A DNA stretch of 64,000 nucleotides from a virus. How positions within the stretch are numbered: position 1 is the first letter of the stretch; every line of letters begins with the position of its first letter. The translations under genes were made by a program, and so were the position numbers. A model generated the notes under the pieces. It saw only the letters and a program-made list of their open reading frames with translations. It did not search any database and had not been told where the DNA came from. This document shows positions 36,822 through 46,890 of the stretch, piece by piece. Location of the stretch: IMG/VR virus record IMGVR_UViG_3300027733_000033; one strand, written 5' to 3'.

Positions 36822-36850
36822 TTTACTTTTATAACGAAATTATTTATAAT
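36822..36850 (+). promoter_or_regulatory. sigma70-like promoter of uvsY
   Basis: TTTACT-17nt-TATAAT. Confidence 0.75.
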
Positions 36851-36880
36851 ACATACTATAGAATACAACCGTGAGGGCAT

Positions 36881-37318
36881 ATGAATATAAGCGAACTACA
36901 AGAACAGTGGGAAATTGATTCGGAAATAGATGGAGTACAGTTAGACATAGAATCCATTAAATCTTCAAAACTTCATTCAAAATATATTGGGATATTGGTT
37001 GAGTCTAAACTGAAACTGATAAAGCTGAGACAGGAATACGCTAATTTAAGAACATTGAAGTTTAGGTATTACCGTGGGGAATTATCTAGAACAGAATTAG
37101 CAGAATTAAACTGGGTACAGTGCCAGTTAGGAAAGCCGCTAAAATCTGAGATGGACGAGATATTGAAGGGTGATACTGACTTAACTACAATCGAAACCAA
37201 AATTGAATATATGGTATCTATGATATACATGCTTGAGTCTATATTAAATTCAATAAAAGATAGAACTTGGAGTATTAGAAACGCTATCGAATTTAAGAAG
37301 TTTCAAGCCGGCGTATAA
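36881..37318 (+). CDS. uvsY: recombination mediator UvsY
   Basis: W..DS.ID...L..ES.K...LHSKY, YYRGEL, R.WSIRNAIEFKKFQAG. Confidence 0.92.
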   Translation: MNISELQEQWEIDSEIDGVQLDIESIKSSKLHSKYIGILVESKLKLIKLRQEYANLRTLKFRYYRGELSRTELAELNWVQCQLGKPLKSEMDEILKGDTDLTTIETKIEYMVSMIYMLESILNSIKDRTWSIRNAIEFKKFQAGV

Positions 37319-37332
37319 AATTTTAACAAAAG

Positions 37333-37356
37333 AAAAGGGAGCCGAAGCTCCCTTTT
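37333..37356. terminator. bidirectional terminator between uvsY and gp23
   Basis: AAAAGGGAGC-CGAA-GCTCCCTTTT. Confidence 0.88.
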
Positions 37357-37381
37357 CATTTACATTAATGTAAAATAAATT

Positions 37382-38728
37382 CTACATAATGTTGCGTACA
37401 CGAACAACACGATAGAAATAGTTTTTAGCTGCATATAAGCCAGTGTTACCAGAACCAGCATCCAATGTGCAGAATGGGTTAGCAGTGATACCATAACGTG
37501 TAGCAAAACCAATTTTTGGTTGGAACGTGTTAGGATCAGAAGCTCTCATTAATTGCAATGGAATATATGGGCAGTAGAAAATACCGGCGTCAAACGCGCT
37601 TGTACCTTTATAACCAACAACGAAGTATTGTTCGTTGCTCAAGTTACTTGAATAAGGATCGATGAATACTTTATAACGACCGTTCAATACACCAGCATAA
37701 GTTGTAGATGTATCGTCAACGTTTAAGTTAGTGTTCAAAGCAGGAGCATAATCTAATGCGCCAGCCATCGCTAAAGCTGAAGCAACGTCAGCTGAAGTGA
37801 TAATGAAGTTACCACGACCACGACGAGTCAATTGACCAATCGCATTAGCTTCACGTTCAATTTGGAACAATAAGCCTTTGAATTTTTCAACTGACCAACG
37901 ACCATTTGAATCTGTATCTAAGTCGAAGATGCCAGCAGTAGTTGTACCGTTTTGTGCACCTGGAAGAGCAGAAAGATAAACAGTACGGATAACTTCACGG
38001 TTAATCTCAGCAAGAATTTCTGTGCTTAAGATGTTAACCAATTCAGACTCAGCATCCAAGCCGTGTACTGATTGAAGATCTTGTGCTAATTCATTTGTAT
38101 ATTCAGCTTTCAACGCACGTGATTTAGCAATAACGTGAGTTTTTTCGATAGAGAACGCCATTTCGTTGAAAGTAGCGCCGCCGCTAGAACCTAAAGCTTC
38201 TTTTGTAGCTGTAGACATAGCAGTGCCAGTATTATAACTAGCAGCACCAGGATAAGTACCAGTTTGGTCGCCGTTTACTGGAGTGCCAGTACCGTCAAAC
38301 AACGCATTAGTAGCGCCGGCGAATTCTGTGTTAGCTTCGTTATAAAGCGCTTCTGTGCCGTTTTGTGAACCGTAACGTGATTTCATCGCGAAGATCAAAC
38401 CAGTAGGTTGAGTCATAGGTTGAACGCCGCAAATATCATAAGCAATAAGTTGTGGCATTGAACGACGAACCAAAGAAATCAAGATAGGATCGTAACCAGA
38501 AACAGTACCAGTACCCGCGCCTGTACCACCTAAAGCGATACCAGTACCGCCGGCATTAGCAGGAGCTGCTTCATTAAGCATACCGCTTGATTGTGTGCGC
38601 ATATCATTTTCTTGGTTTTCCAATAATACCGCTGTTACTTCACGACGATATTTATCTTTGATTTCTGGCATTGCAGAATGCTCAAGGATAGGATTCCATT
38701 TTTTTAATAATTCAGGACGTGTAGACAT
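37382..38728 (-). CDS. 23: major capsid protein
   Basis: LISLVRR.MP.LIAYDICGVQPM..PTGLIFAM, SRALKAEY..ELAQDL, EINRE, FYCPY, FQPKIGF.TRYG. Confidence 0.98.
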   Translation of the reverse strand: MSTRPELLKKWNPILEHSAMPEIKDKYRREVTAVLLENQENDMRTQSSGMLNEAAPANAGGTGIALGGTGAGTGTVSGYDPILISLVRRSMPQLIAYDICGVQPMTQPTGLIFAMKSRYGSQNGTEALYNEANTEFAGATNALFDGTGTPVNGDQTGTYPGAASYNTGTAMSTATKEALGSSGGATFNEMAFSIEKTHVIAKSRALKAEYTNELAQDLQSVHGLDAESELVNILSTEILAEINREVIRTVYLSALPGAQNGTTTAGIFDLDTDSNGRWSVEKFKGLLFQIEREANAIGQLTRRGRGNFIITSADVASALAMAGALDYAPALNTNLNVDDTSTTYAGVLNGRYKVFIDPYSSNLSNEQYFVVGYKGTSAFDAGIFYCPYIPLQLMRASDPNTFQPKIGFATRYGITANPFCTLDAGSGNTGLYAAKNYFYRVVRVRNIM

Positions 38729-38763
38729 TTTTAAAAATTTCCTTATAATAGATGAAGCAAAAA

Positions 38764-39588
38764 TTATTTAACGTGACGGTCAATTGCCGCAACATATTTA
38801 TTGATAGATGGGTTTGAGTTGTAGCTTTCGTTTAGCTGTTCAACTGGAGCATCAGTAATAAAAGATACAGAAGGTTTTGTTGAACTCGGTTTGCTGAAAT
38901 AATGCTCATTGATTGTATTCAATTTTGAACGGTAAGCCGCTTCACTAGAATAAGATAATTCTTCAGCAAGTTCACGGAAACGTTCAGCATCAGTATCTAC
39001 GAGTTTAGAAGTGAATTCTTCAACGATTAAAGAACGAGCAGATTCTTCTAATTTATATTTATATTGAATAGAAGTATCAACAGCTTCTTTTAATTTAGAT
39101 TGTAAGGTTTCAATTTGTTGTGCTTGTTCAGAAACAACATCAATTTTTGACTCAGGAATTTCGATATAAGAAGATTCGAATAAACCTTTTAAGCCGCCAA
39201 TGAATCCTTCAACAATTTCGGTTTTTAATCCAGTGTCGATAGCTAAAGCGTTTTGTTTAATGAACTGTTCAGAAACATAACCCAAATAACCATCGATGCT
39301 TTCATCTAAAGACTCTGTATATTCATTAAATTTGTCTTCATATACATCAGATAATTCGTCAAATTTAACTTCATAAGATTCTTCCAACTTATTGAATTTT
39401 GATTCATACATTTCTTCAATAACTTGTATTTCTGACTTAGCACGTTGAGCAACAGCATTCTCAAATGCCTCAACTAATTTACCTTTGGCTTCATCATCGA
39501 ATCCTTCTAGTAAACCGTCAATAGAACCATCAGTTAATGACGCATCATTAACCATTGATTCGTATAATTTTTCTTTGATTGACATCAA
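38764..39588 (-). CDS. 22: prohead core scaffold protein
   Basis: DGYLGYV.EQF...N.LAID.GLKTEI.EGF..GLK.LF; position. Confidence 0.92.
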   Translation of the reverse strand: MMSIKEKLYESMVNDASLTDGSIDGLLEGFDDEAKGKLVEAFENAVAQRAKSEIQVIEEMYESKFNKLEESYEVKFDELSDVYEDKFNEYTESLDESIDGYLGYVSEQFIKQNALAIDTGLKTEIVEGFIGGLKGLFESSYIEIPESKIDVVSEQAQQIETLQSKLKEAVDTSIQYKYKLEESARSLIVEEFTSKLVDTDAERFRELAEELSYSSEAAYRSKLNTINEHYFSKPSSTKPSVSFITDAPVEQLNESYNSNPSINKYVAAIDRHVK

Positions 39589-39622
39589 TTTCCCCTAATT
39601 AAATTCTTATTTTATTATTTAG

Positions 39623-40273
39623 CTATTTTACATTTCTAAGAAATTGTTCAAAAGATTCAACGCAAACCCGTTTAAGATCCTTTGAAGATGCAGATAAAAT
39701 AGCCTGTTTAGTTTGTTCAGCATACATAGGTTGATAATGTCCGTTAATCAAAACCCATTCAGCATTTTCCATAATACCGTTAACCCAACAATCTATACCA
39801 GACGGCTCAGACACGATGTCAATAGTTCTTAAAAAGAAATCCGGTTGAACTTGGTTAACACCGTTAACCTGTTTCAGACTACCAATCCCACGAGTTGAAA
39901 CACCTAACTTAATCCCTTCTTTTAAAAGCGCCGCCGCTATAGCTCCTTGTGGCATCGATTCTAAAATCTTAGCTTTCCCATAAACATCATTTTTACCCTC
40001 AAATCTTAAATCGGTAATTTTATGAGAAATTCTATCAGGGTTAACCGTCATAGTATCGGGATGACCCAACTCACCAGTTGAACGGTTTTCTTTAATTAAA
40101 GACTGGAAGTTATTAACTTCACGGTTCATAGTGTCCGCTTCGTAAACTCTTCCGTTTCTATTAGTTACGCCGGCTTGAGCAAAAACACCCTCAATATAAT
40201 AACTTTTTTGCTTATCAGCACCTTCTAAAATGCTGTACGAAACACTTTCAGACAAATCAGTAAATAATTTCAT
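39623..40273 (-). CDS. 21: prohead protease
   Basis: YIEGVF.Q....NRNGRVY, GELGHP, LGVSTRG.GSL, DIV.EPS; start MKLFTD. Confidence 0.95.
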   Translation of the reverse strand: MKLFTDLSESVSYSILEGADKQKSYYIEGVFAQAGVTNRNGRVYEADTMNREVNNFQSLIKENRSTGELGHPDTMTVNPDRISHKITDLRFEGKNDVYGKAKILESMPQGAIAAALLKEGIKLGVSTRGIGSLKQVNGVNQVQPDFFLRTIDIVSEPSGIDCWVNGIMENAEWVLINGHYQPMYAEQTKQAILSASSKDLKRVCVESFEQFLRNVK

Positions 40274-40274
40274 G

Positions 40275-40703
40275 TTACGATCCCACCACATCAGTGTTGT
40301 CATATTCACCAAATAATGGAGTTTCAATTTTAGATAGGTAGCCATCAACTTTTCTTAATCTAACCCAAAGTTGCGCTTCACCACCTGAAATTGTTACAAC
40401 CATATTTGATGCGTTTTCTGTATCATCTGGAGGAACCATAGCACCAGAAAAATCAAAAAAGCCTGACGCACCGCAGTTAAGGGTAAACACAGTCACTGAA
40501 TTTCTTACCATTGTTATAACGCTAGTTGCGTCCCCAGTCCATTGGAGAGCAGCAACATTCACACGTCTAGGAACAGCAGCAAGTGTTTCTGTACTAACTT
40601 TAAGGTCGGTGTCTAAACTAATAGTAGCAGAACCGGCGTTACCGGCTATTTTCAAAAAGCATTCTTTTTCAGATGCTTTGATGATACTCTTAGTGACAGC
40701 CAT
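40275..40703 (-). CDS. virion/prohead-associated protein (gp68 position)
   Basis: Between portal and protease; family not recognised. Confidence 0.55.
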   Translation of the reverse strand: MAVTKSIIKASEKECFLKIAGNAGSATISLDTDLKVSTETLAAVPRRVNVAALQWTGDATSVITMVRNSVTVFTLNCGASGFFDFSGAMVPPDDTENASNMVVTISGGEAQLWVRLRKVDGYLSKIETPLFGEYDNTDVVGS

Positions 40704-40705
40704 GA

Positions 40706-40858
40706 TTATTCTTCCGTATCAATCACTAAATTTTTAGCAATATTTTGTTTAAGGTGTTCAAGATTATCTTGAATTTTGTCTGCCATAATAGCATTAAAGG
40801 TTTCTTGGATTAAATCCACATTACCTTGCTCAATGGCTTCTAGTAACTCATTGTTCAT
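40706..40858 (-). CDS. small prohead core protein (gp67-like position)
   Basis: MNNELLEAIEQGN...F.AIMADKI...LE..K..IA pattern right after the portal. Confidence 0.65.
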   Translation of the reverse strand: MNNELLEAIEQGNVDLIQETFNAIMADKIQDNLEHLKQNIAKNLVIDTEE

Positions 40859-43655
40859 TTTGTGTATCCTGTGTTGTTTGTTGCGTATTATCTTCAGTAG
40901 ATTGGTCAGATGTTTGCTGTTCAGCATTAGCCTGCAAAGTTGAATCTTCCTTGTTTTCTTTATCTATCTGTTTAATTTCTTCTTCAGTTTGATGTAATAC
41001 GTTTTTGCGTATCCAATCAACAGAGTAATATTTACCTACATATGGGTCAATTAATTGTAGAGTTTGAATTCTTCCTTGAATAATCTCATTATCTTTTAAT
41101 TCAGCATAATGGTTATCTTCCGCGAACTCAAAATACAAAATTCGTTCAAGTTCTTCCCAGTCATCAGAACTGACAATACCTTTACCGATCGTTTGGACTC
41201 TTAATAAATCAATAAACAGAGCAGTAAATTTATGTCTTAATCGACCAATAAATTTAGCAAACTTAACTTCGTCTCTTGATATTTCAGAAGAACGCCCTAT
41301 ATTAAACCCAGATTCTGGAGTTAATCTTGAAGCAGGAACATTCAAAGATTTGTAAAGTTTATTTTGGAAAAACACAACATCGTCAATTTGACCTAACGAT
41401 TGTCCACCTGGAAGGGTAACAATTTCTGTGCCTTTAGAGTTCATCACAAAAATGCCTGAAGATAAAGCAAAATTGTGATAATCGTGATGTATATGCTGTT
41501 CATCGATAGTTAACGTACCGACATCAATTGTATCCGTTCTAGTTACAACTTTTAATACCTTATGATTATTTAAGGATTTTGCTTTGTACGAACGGCGTTT
41601 TCCAACTTCATCAAAATTTCTAATGACAAAATCTGAAATTGAATCATACCCTTGTTCAAACAATGCTCTACTTAAAGATTTTTTGCTTGATAAGTTAGGG
41701 TAAATAGAACTGGCAATTTCAACAATTTCTGAGTTTTTTATATTTGGATAATATGATTGTTTGATTGACTCAACCAACACATTAAAATCATAACTTTTGC
41801 ATAAAGAAGAAAATGCTTCGTTACGGTTAGCTAAATTCTTTTTCCATTTTTCATTAAATTCAGTTTCTGATAAAATTTCTTTATCTATTTTACGTTTTTC
41901 AGAAGCAACAGAACCAATCAAAGGCATTTCTTTGGTAAATCCTGGAGACCATTTTTTAAGATATTCTTCTTTTGATAAAATAAGTTTATCTGCATTTCTT
42001 GATTCAGTTATATGTTCTCTTCCGAGTTTTAAACCTTTCCAAACATTTTCACATTCTGCATTAAACTTAGAAATCTCTTCTTTGCGAGCTAAACCATTTT
42101 CAGTTAAAAAGAAGGCTTTACCTGATTCAGACAGTTTAAGTTTCCATTCATCAACCTTTTCTGTCGTTCTCCAATGAGTAGAATATCCAGAATGCAATTT
42201 AAAATGGTCATCTTTATCCATAATAACCAAATTAGATGGATTATTATTGAATCTGTTAAAATCTATATGGTGGACAACTTCATTTTTGACTAAATTTCTT
42301 TCGGCAAACGAAGATACCATTTTATGAGTAGTAATCCATTTGTTGGATTCATTATCAAAAACATAATTGTAATCTTTATTTTCATACAATACACGTTTTT
42401 CTACATCACAAGGCATCAATGATATGCCAGCAGATAAATCTTTAGCTTCTACCTTTAAGCCATTTCTTAAGATAAATTTATGGTCTGGGGTACACGTTAC
42501 GATTTGACCGTTGTCTAGATAAACATCAACAATTGTCGCATCATTTCGAGTAACACCTGCCCAAGAAATTAATCCAGGAACAACTTTACCGGTAGGTGAA
42601 ACAGAATAGACCCAGTTTTCTTTTCCTGCATTATGCTCAACTATGAGTTGACCTAATTCTACATCTCTGCCATCTAAAAGTTTTATTTTAGTCGATAAAT
42701 CAAAACAGCCGTCTCTCCGTGGCATCCAATAATCTTCAATCATTGAAGGAGATTTGCGATCCTCGCTTATTTCTCCAGTCGTTGAGTTATAGACAAGTTT
42801 ATTTCTAAACCTTGCCATAGTATCTTGAACATATTGGTCAGCCTTAATTTTAGGTAAAGAACCAACATCAATATAAAACACACGGCGTTCTGGTGCGCGG
42901 GTATAACGGTAGATAATCATTGCGTCTTCAGCCATTTTAAGCTGATTGACCAATTTGACACATTTATGCAGATAACTCTTAGCCAATCCAGTATTAGAAT
43001 CAATTAAACCGGAATTAACATAAATTACAGAATCTGTTGAGAGTTTGATACCTTGGTTTGTAGTAGAAGTAAACCCTTTATCGTTGTAAAGATAATAAGA
43101 ATCACCATCAACGTGAACATCATTCCCTGATGCGTCTTTTACCTTTTTAACTTCTTTAATTTTACGAATTTTTCTTGGGTCGATATACCGGACTTCAACA
43201 ATCCCATTTTTCAGATTATCTTTATCAAGTACAATATGGAAATACATTCTTCCATCAATGTACCATTGTCTAAAGAAATCATACCCTTTTTTATTGAAGT
43301 CAAGAATGCTTAATATGCCATTAAATTCATCTCTAATTTTATTTTTAATCCCTTCAGAGTATTTAACCCCGTCCAGATTAATAGAAACTGGAGATTTAAT
43401 GCCATCAAACGTAATTGCTTCATTCGTAATATCATCAATAGCAGATGAACAATCAGGATAATCAGCAGCAATTCTATACTGTCTGATTAACTGATTTTCG
43501 TCTTTAACAACGCCGTCTAAGTCTAAGGCTAGACCATAAGCAGAATAAGCGCTTATGATCGAGCCGTCGTCATTAGATGGAGGAACAATCGATTCAATTT
43601 TTTTCTTAGATTTATCTTCTTTTTTACCGATAGTAAATCCGAATATTCCAGCCAT
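40848..43655 (-). CDS. 20: portal vertex protein with intein
   Basis: WYIDGR, RYIDPRKI, RAPERRVFYIDVG.LPK.KA, EDYWMPRR, TEI.TLPGG, LNVP.SRL, RDEVKF. Confidence 0.96.
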   Translation of the reverse strand: MAGIFGFTIGKKEDKSKKKIESIVPPSNDDGSIISAYSAYGLALDLDGVVKDENQLIRQYRIAADYPDCSSAIDDITNEAITFDGIKSPVSINLDGVKYSEGIKNKIRDEFNGILSILDFNKKGYDFFRQWYIDGRMYFHIVLDKDNLKNGIVEVRYIDPRKIRKIKEVKKVKDASGNDVHVDGDSYYLYNDKGFTSTTNQGIKLSTDSVIYVNSGLIDSNTGLAKSYLHKCVKLVNQLKMAEDAMIIYRYTRAPERRVFYIDVGSLPKIKADQYVQDTMARFRNKLVYNSTTGEISEDRKSPSMIEDYWMPRRDGCFDLSTKIKLLDGRDVELGQLIVEHNAGKENWVYSVSPTGKVVPGLISWAGVTRNDATIVDVYLDNGQIVTCTPDHKFILRNGLKVEAKDLSAGISLMPCDVEKRVLYENKDYNYVFDNESNKWITTHKMVSSFAERNLVKNEVVHHIDFNRFNNNPSNLVIMDKDDHFKLHSGYSTHWRTTEKVDEWKLKLSESGKAFFLTENGLARKEEISKFNAECENVWKGLKLGREHITESRNADKLILSKEEYLKKWSPGFTKEMPLIGSVASEKRKIDKEILSETEFNEKWKKNLANRNEAFSSLCKSYDFNVLVESIKQSYYPNIKNSEIVEIASSIYPNLSSKKSLSRALFEQGYDSISDFVIRNFDEVGKRRSYKAKSLNNHKVLKVVTRTDTIDVGTLTIDEQHIHHDYHNFALSSGIFVMNSKGTEIVTLPGGQSLGQIDDVVFFQNKLYKSLNVPASRLTPESGFNIGRSSEISRDEVKFAKFIGRLRHKFTALFIDLLRVQTIGKGIVSSDDWEELERILYFEFAEDNHYAELKDNEIIQGRIQTLQLIDPYVGKYYSVDWIRKNVLHQTEEEIKQIDKENKEDSTLQANAEQQTSDQSTEDNTQQTTQDTQNEQ
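41439..42707 (-). mobile_element. 423-aa intein with HNH endonuclease domain
   Basis: G|CFDLSTKI start, TPDH block B, VVHHIDFNRFNNNPSNL HNH, HNFAL..GIFVMN|S end. Confidence 0.93.
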
Positions 43656-43682
43656 AATTTATATTATTCCAAAAATAAAGTT

Positions 43683-44228
43683 TTAATTAGTTGGTCCTGT
43701 AGATAATACTTCAGGTTTGTCACCATCTGCAAAGGTAAAGTAATCATATGTAAATGTTACTGTAAATTCTTCGATAGCATCACCCTGACCGTAATCTAAC
43801 TGAATATCGCTAACACTGCTAGGGTATGCATTATGTAGCACGTATTGACGTAGAATGGTATCAGCATTTCTGTCTAATTGGTTAACTATAATGTTTCCCC
43901 AATAGCCACGTAAATCACCGCCGATAGAATCATTGTTAGAAATAGCATAGTGCCATTCTTCAAACACTCTACGGTTACTGAATTCATTATCGTTAATAAA
44001 GGTAGCAGTCCATTGCGCAAAAGTTTTTTCACCGGCAAAATGGATAGTTTTACCACGAAATGGTACGGCTACGTCACCAACATCAAATGCTGGTAAAGCA
44101 GCTGCTTTCAATAAAACTGCTTTAGTGGTATCAAATCCACGGTCACCTGGAAGGATAACACTGAATTGATTTGCTCTCGCGCCGCCTGTTGAAAGAGCAG
44201 CTTTAAATCTGTCGATAGTTGTAGACAT
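43683..44228 (-). CDS. 19: tail tube protein
   Basis: GGARANQF, VPFRG..I.FAGE.TF..W, V.QLDR, AYP..VS.IQLD, IEEF.VTF.YDY. Confidence 0.95.
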   Translation of the reverse strand: MSTTIDRFKAALSTGGARANQFSVILPGDRGFDTTKAVLLKAAALPAFDVGDVAVPFRGKTIHFAGEKTFAQWTATFINDNEFSNRRVFEEWHYAISNNDSIGGDLRGYWGNIIVNQLDRNADTILRQYVLHNAYPSSVSDIQLDYGQGDAIEEFTVTFTYDYFTFADGDKPEVLSTGPTN

Positions 44229-44231
44229 TTA

Positions 44232-46811
44232 TTATGCTCCTGCTGTAGTAAACGCAACTGATTGACGAGTTGCAACGAAGTTAAGAGTGATATAGTTGAT
44301 GCTATAATTAGGTTTGACGAAAATGTCGGCAACGAAATTATTTGTTTCAACAACATTAGCGGTGTTGTTAGTTGCATCACAAACAACTTTAAAGTCGTTA
44401 ATGCCGCGTCTACCTTTAATATCTCTTAAGAAAGGTTCGATCAAGTTTTTAAACTGTGCTCTTGTTGTGTCATCATTAATAGCGAACAATTGATATTGAG
44501 CAGATTTTTCGATAGATTTTTCTAACAAAATAAACAATCTACGAACACCGATACGGTCAAACGCGCTTGGGCGGTCTAACAAAGTTTTATCGCCGAACAA
44601 TACAGTTCCTTGACCTTTAAAGGTAACAACTGGGTTAACATTTTGAGGATACAAATTATCGCGATCAGCTTTTGTAGGATTAACTGCTAATTTGATAACG
44701 TTTTTAATTTGACCGTTGTTAAAGCCGCCATTTGAAACCCATGGTTCAGATGTAATAGCAGCAAGACCAGCAATGTCACCGTTTAAAGCAATCCAACGAC
44801 GTTTATCATTATAAGCGTCATATTGATATTTAGCGCCTGTATCTAAGAAGCCATATGAAGACGATGGTAATTCTGAACGATACTCAAGCAATTTATCAAT
44901 AGCATCAGAACCAGTACCTTTGATGAATTCACCGGTAATAGTATCTTCTGGAGAAATAAATACGATAACGTCTTTTCTTGTTTCAGCTAAAGCAACAGCA
45001 TGACTAGCAACAGTTGAAGAAGCTTTTCCTAAAGCGATAAAGGCAAAATTATATAAGTCTTTATTTGCAAGCAAATCTAAAGCAAGAATTTTTTCACCAT
45101 CTGTAATCGATGCAGCATCAGTACCGCCGCTTAATTCAACATATAATGGATATGTTAAAGATTTGAATGATTGAGTTTTAACAATCACATCAGCTAATTC
45201 TGTGTTCCATGCGATACCTGTACCAGAAACGGCACTTGGAATATCCAACCAGTAAACATAAGCAGACGCGCTGTTGATAACAGTTTTATAGTAGCTTGAA
45301 GAACCATCATCATATTTAGCATCAGATGCTTTAGATAAGAATGAATACTTTTCAAGGGTAGCACCTTTCACACCAGTAAACGCACCATCTTTGTCGATAA
45401 CTAAGATATGGATTTCGTCTTTAGCATTTAATACGCCTTTGCTTTTCGCATAAGAAGAAGTAGCAGGAGCTGAAGTAAATTGACCAGTATAAGAACTTGC
45501 AATTGAAACTTCAAAGGCAACACCTGAAACAGCAACTTTGCCGAAATTAACTAAAGTCAAAGATGTATTAGTTTCAATAGAAGCAACTGTGCCAATAACT
45601 GTATGGGTTGAATCAGCTTTATGGATAACTTCACCAACTTTTAAAGTTGATAAGAAAGAAGTACCAACACCGGTAAGCGTTTTAGAAGATGTTGTAGAAG
45701 TAACAGTTCCAACACGAGATTGATATTGGAAAGTGTTAGAGTCAACAACAACGACTTGAATAGAGTTACCTAATTTGCCTGGATAACGAGCAGCAAATTC
45801 ACCGATATTCAAACCGCCGTTAATATAGTTTGATTCATAATCGTCATAGTTATTGATTTTGATACGATTATCTTTAAAGGTTTTTATTTGTATATTATAT
45901 GAAACACCAGAAACACCAACTACACCGTTAGCAGTTAAACTTAACTGTGTGTTATTTGTGATAGAAGCAATCGTACCGATAACGATACCAGCAACAGTTG
46001 TTAAAACATCACCGATAGCTAAAATTTCAGAGAAATTAGTACCAACACCAACAACAGTTGTTGAATTTGTTAAGCTTGTAATTGTTCCTACTAATTTTGG
46101 AGCTGTGCCAAATGAAACACCTGAAGCAACAACAGCTGAATTAGCCGCTAACGTGATATGTGTATCGTCTGCGATAGAAAGAACTGTGCCTAAAATATCA
46201 AAACCAGCAGAGCTTGCTGTTAATTTAGTAACAAAACCGCCAACAGCAAGCTCTGTTGTAAATAACGTACCAACACCAACAACAGAACTAGAACCAGTTG
46301 AAGCTGTAATTGTACCTGTTAATGAATCGATAGAAGATGTAGTTGAAGCAGTGCTTAAAGTTAACTGTGTATTATTTGTAATAGAAGCAACTGAACCAAT
46401 AACATTATAGTCAGCATCAATTAAGTTTTGACCAATTGTTAATGTAGAAAACTGTGTTCCATTAAAACCAAAAACAGCAGTAGAACCAGCAACAAAATGC
46501 GCAGTACCGGTTAAAAGTACAGAAGGAGTTTTAACAGAGGTGTATTGAGCATCAGCATCAGCACGAATGTTAATTAAGTTATTAGAGTAAGCTAAAAAAT
46601 TAGCAGCTGTAAACCAACTTTGAGCATTTGAATCTGTAGGTTTCCAGAATAATTCTTTCAAATTGAGTTCTGAAGTAACTGTAGTCGGTTGAAGAACTGG
46701 TCCCCAGTTAAACAACCCTACATGCGCAGCGGCTGTTGAATTAAGACCAGAAACTGTTGAAGTGTTGTCAATTTCATTGACTTCAATTCCTGGCGAGACT
46801 TGGTATGACAT
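44232..46811 (-). CDS. 18: tail sheath protein with four inserted beta-rich repeat domains
   Basis: SPGIEV.EID, WGPV, F.ARYPG..GN, FGDKT, SAFDRI.VRRLF, IFVKP..SINYITLNFVATR. Confidence 0.96.
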   Translation of the reverse strand: MSYQVSPGIEVNEIDNTSTVSGLNSTAAAHVGLFNWGPVLQPTTVTSELNLKELFWKPTDSNAQSWFTAANFLAYSNNLINIRADADAQYTSVKTPSVLLTGTAHFVAGSTAVFGFNGTQFSTLTIGQNLIDADYNVIGSVASITNNTQLTLSTASTTSSIDSLTGTITASTGSSSVVGVGTLFTTELAVGGFVTKLTASSAGFDILGTVLSIADDTHITLAANSAVVASGVSFGTAPKLVGTITSLTNSTTVVGVGTNFSEILAIGDVLTTVAGIVIGTIASITNNTQLSLTANGVVGVSGVSYNIQIKTFKDNRIKINNYDDYESNYINGGLNIGEFAARYPGKLGNSIQVVVVDSNTFQYQSRVGTVTSTTSSKTLTGVGTSFLSTLKVGEVIHKADSTHTVIGTVASIETNTSLTLVNFGKVAVSGVAFEVSIASSYTGQFTSAPATSSYAKSKGVLNAKDEIHILVIDKDGAFTGVKGATLEKYSFLSKASDAKYDDGSSSYYKTVINSASAYVYWLDIPSAVSGTGIAWNTELADVIVKTQSFKSLTYPLYVELSGGTDAASITDGEKILALDLLANKDLYNFAFIALGKASSTVASHAVALAETRKDVIVFISPEDTITGEFIKGTGSDAIDKLLEYRSELPSSSYGFLDTGAKYQYDAYNDKRRWIALNGDIAGLAAITSEPWVSNGGFNNGQIKNVIKLAVNPTKADRDNLYPQNVNPVVTFKGQGTVLFGDKTLLDRPSAFDRIGVRRLFILLEKSIEKSAQYQLFAINDDTTRAQFKNLIEPFLRDIKGRRGINDFKVVCDATNNTANVVETNNFVADIFVKPNYSINYITLNFVATRQSVAFTTAGA

Positions 46812-46890
46812 ATGTACTCCTAAGAGAATTGGTTGTTAAATTATAGTTATAAAAATATTTAGTGAAAAATGATTTTTAATTTATGTTCAA

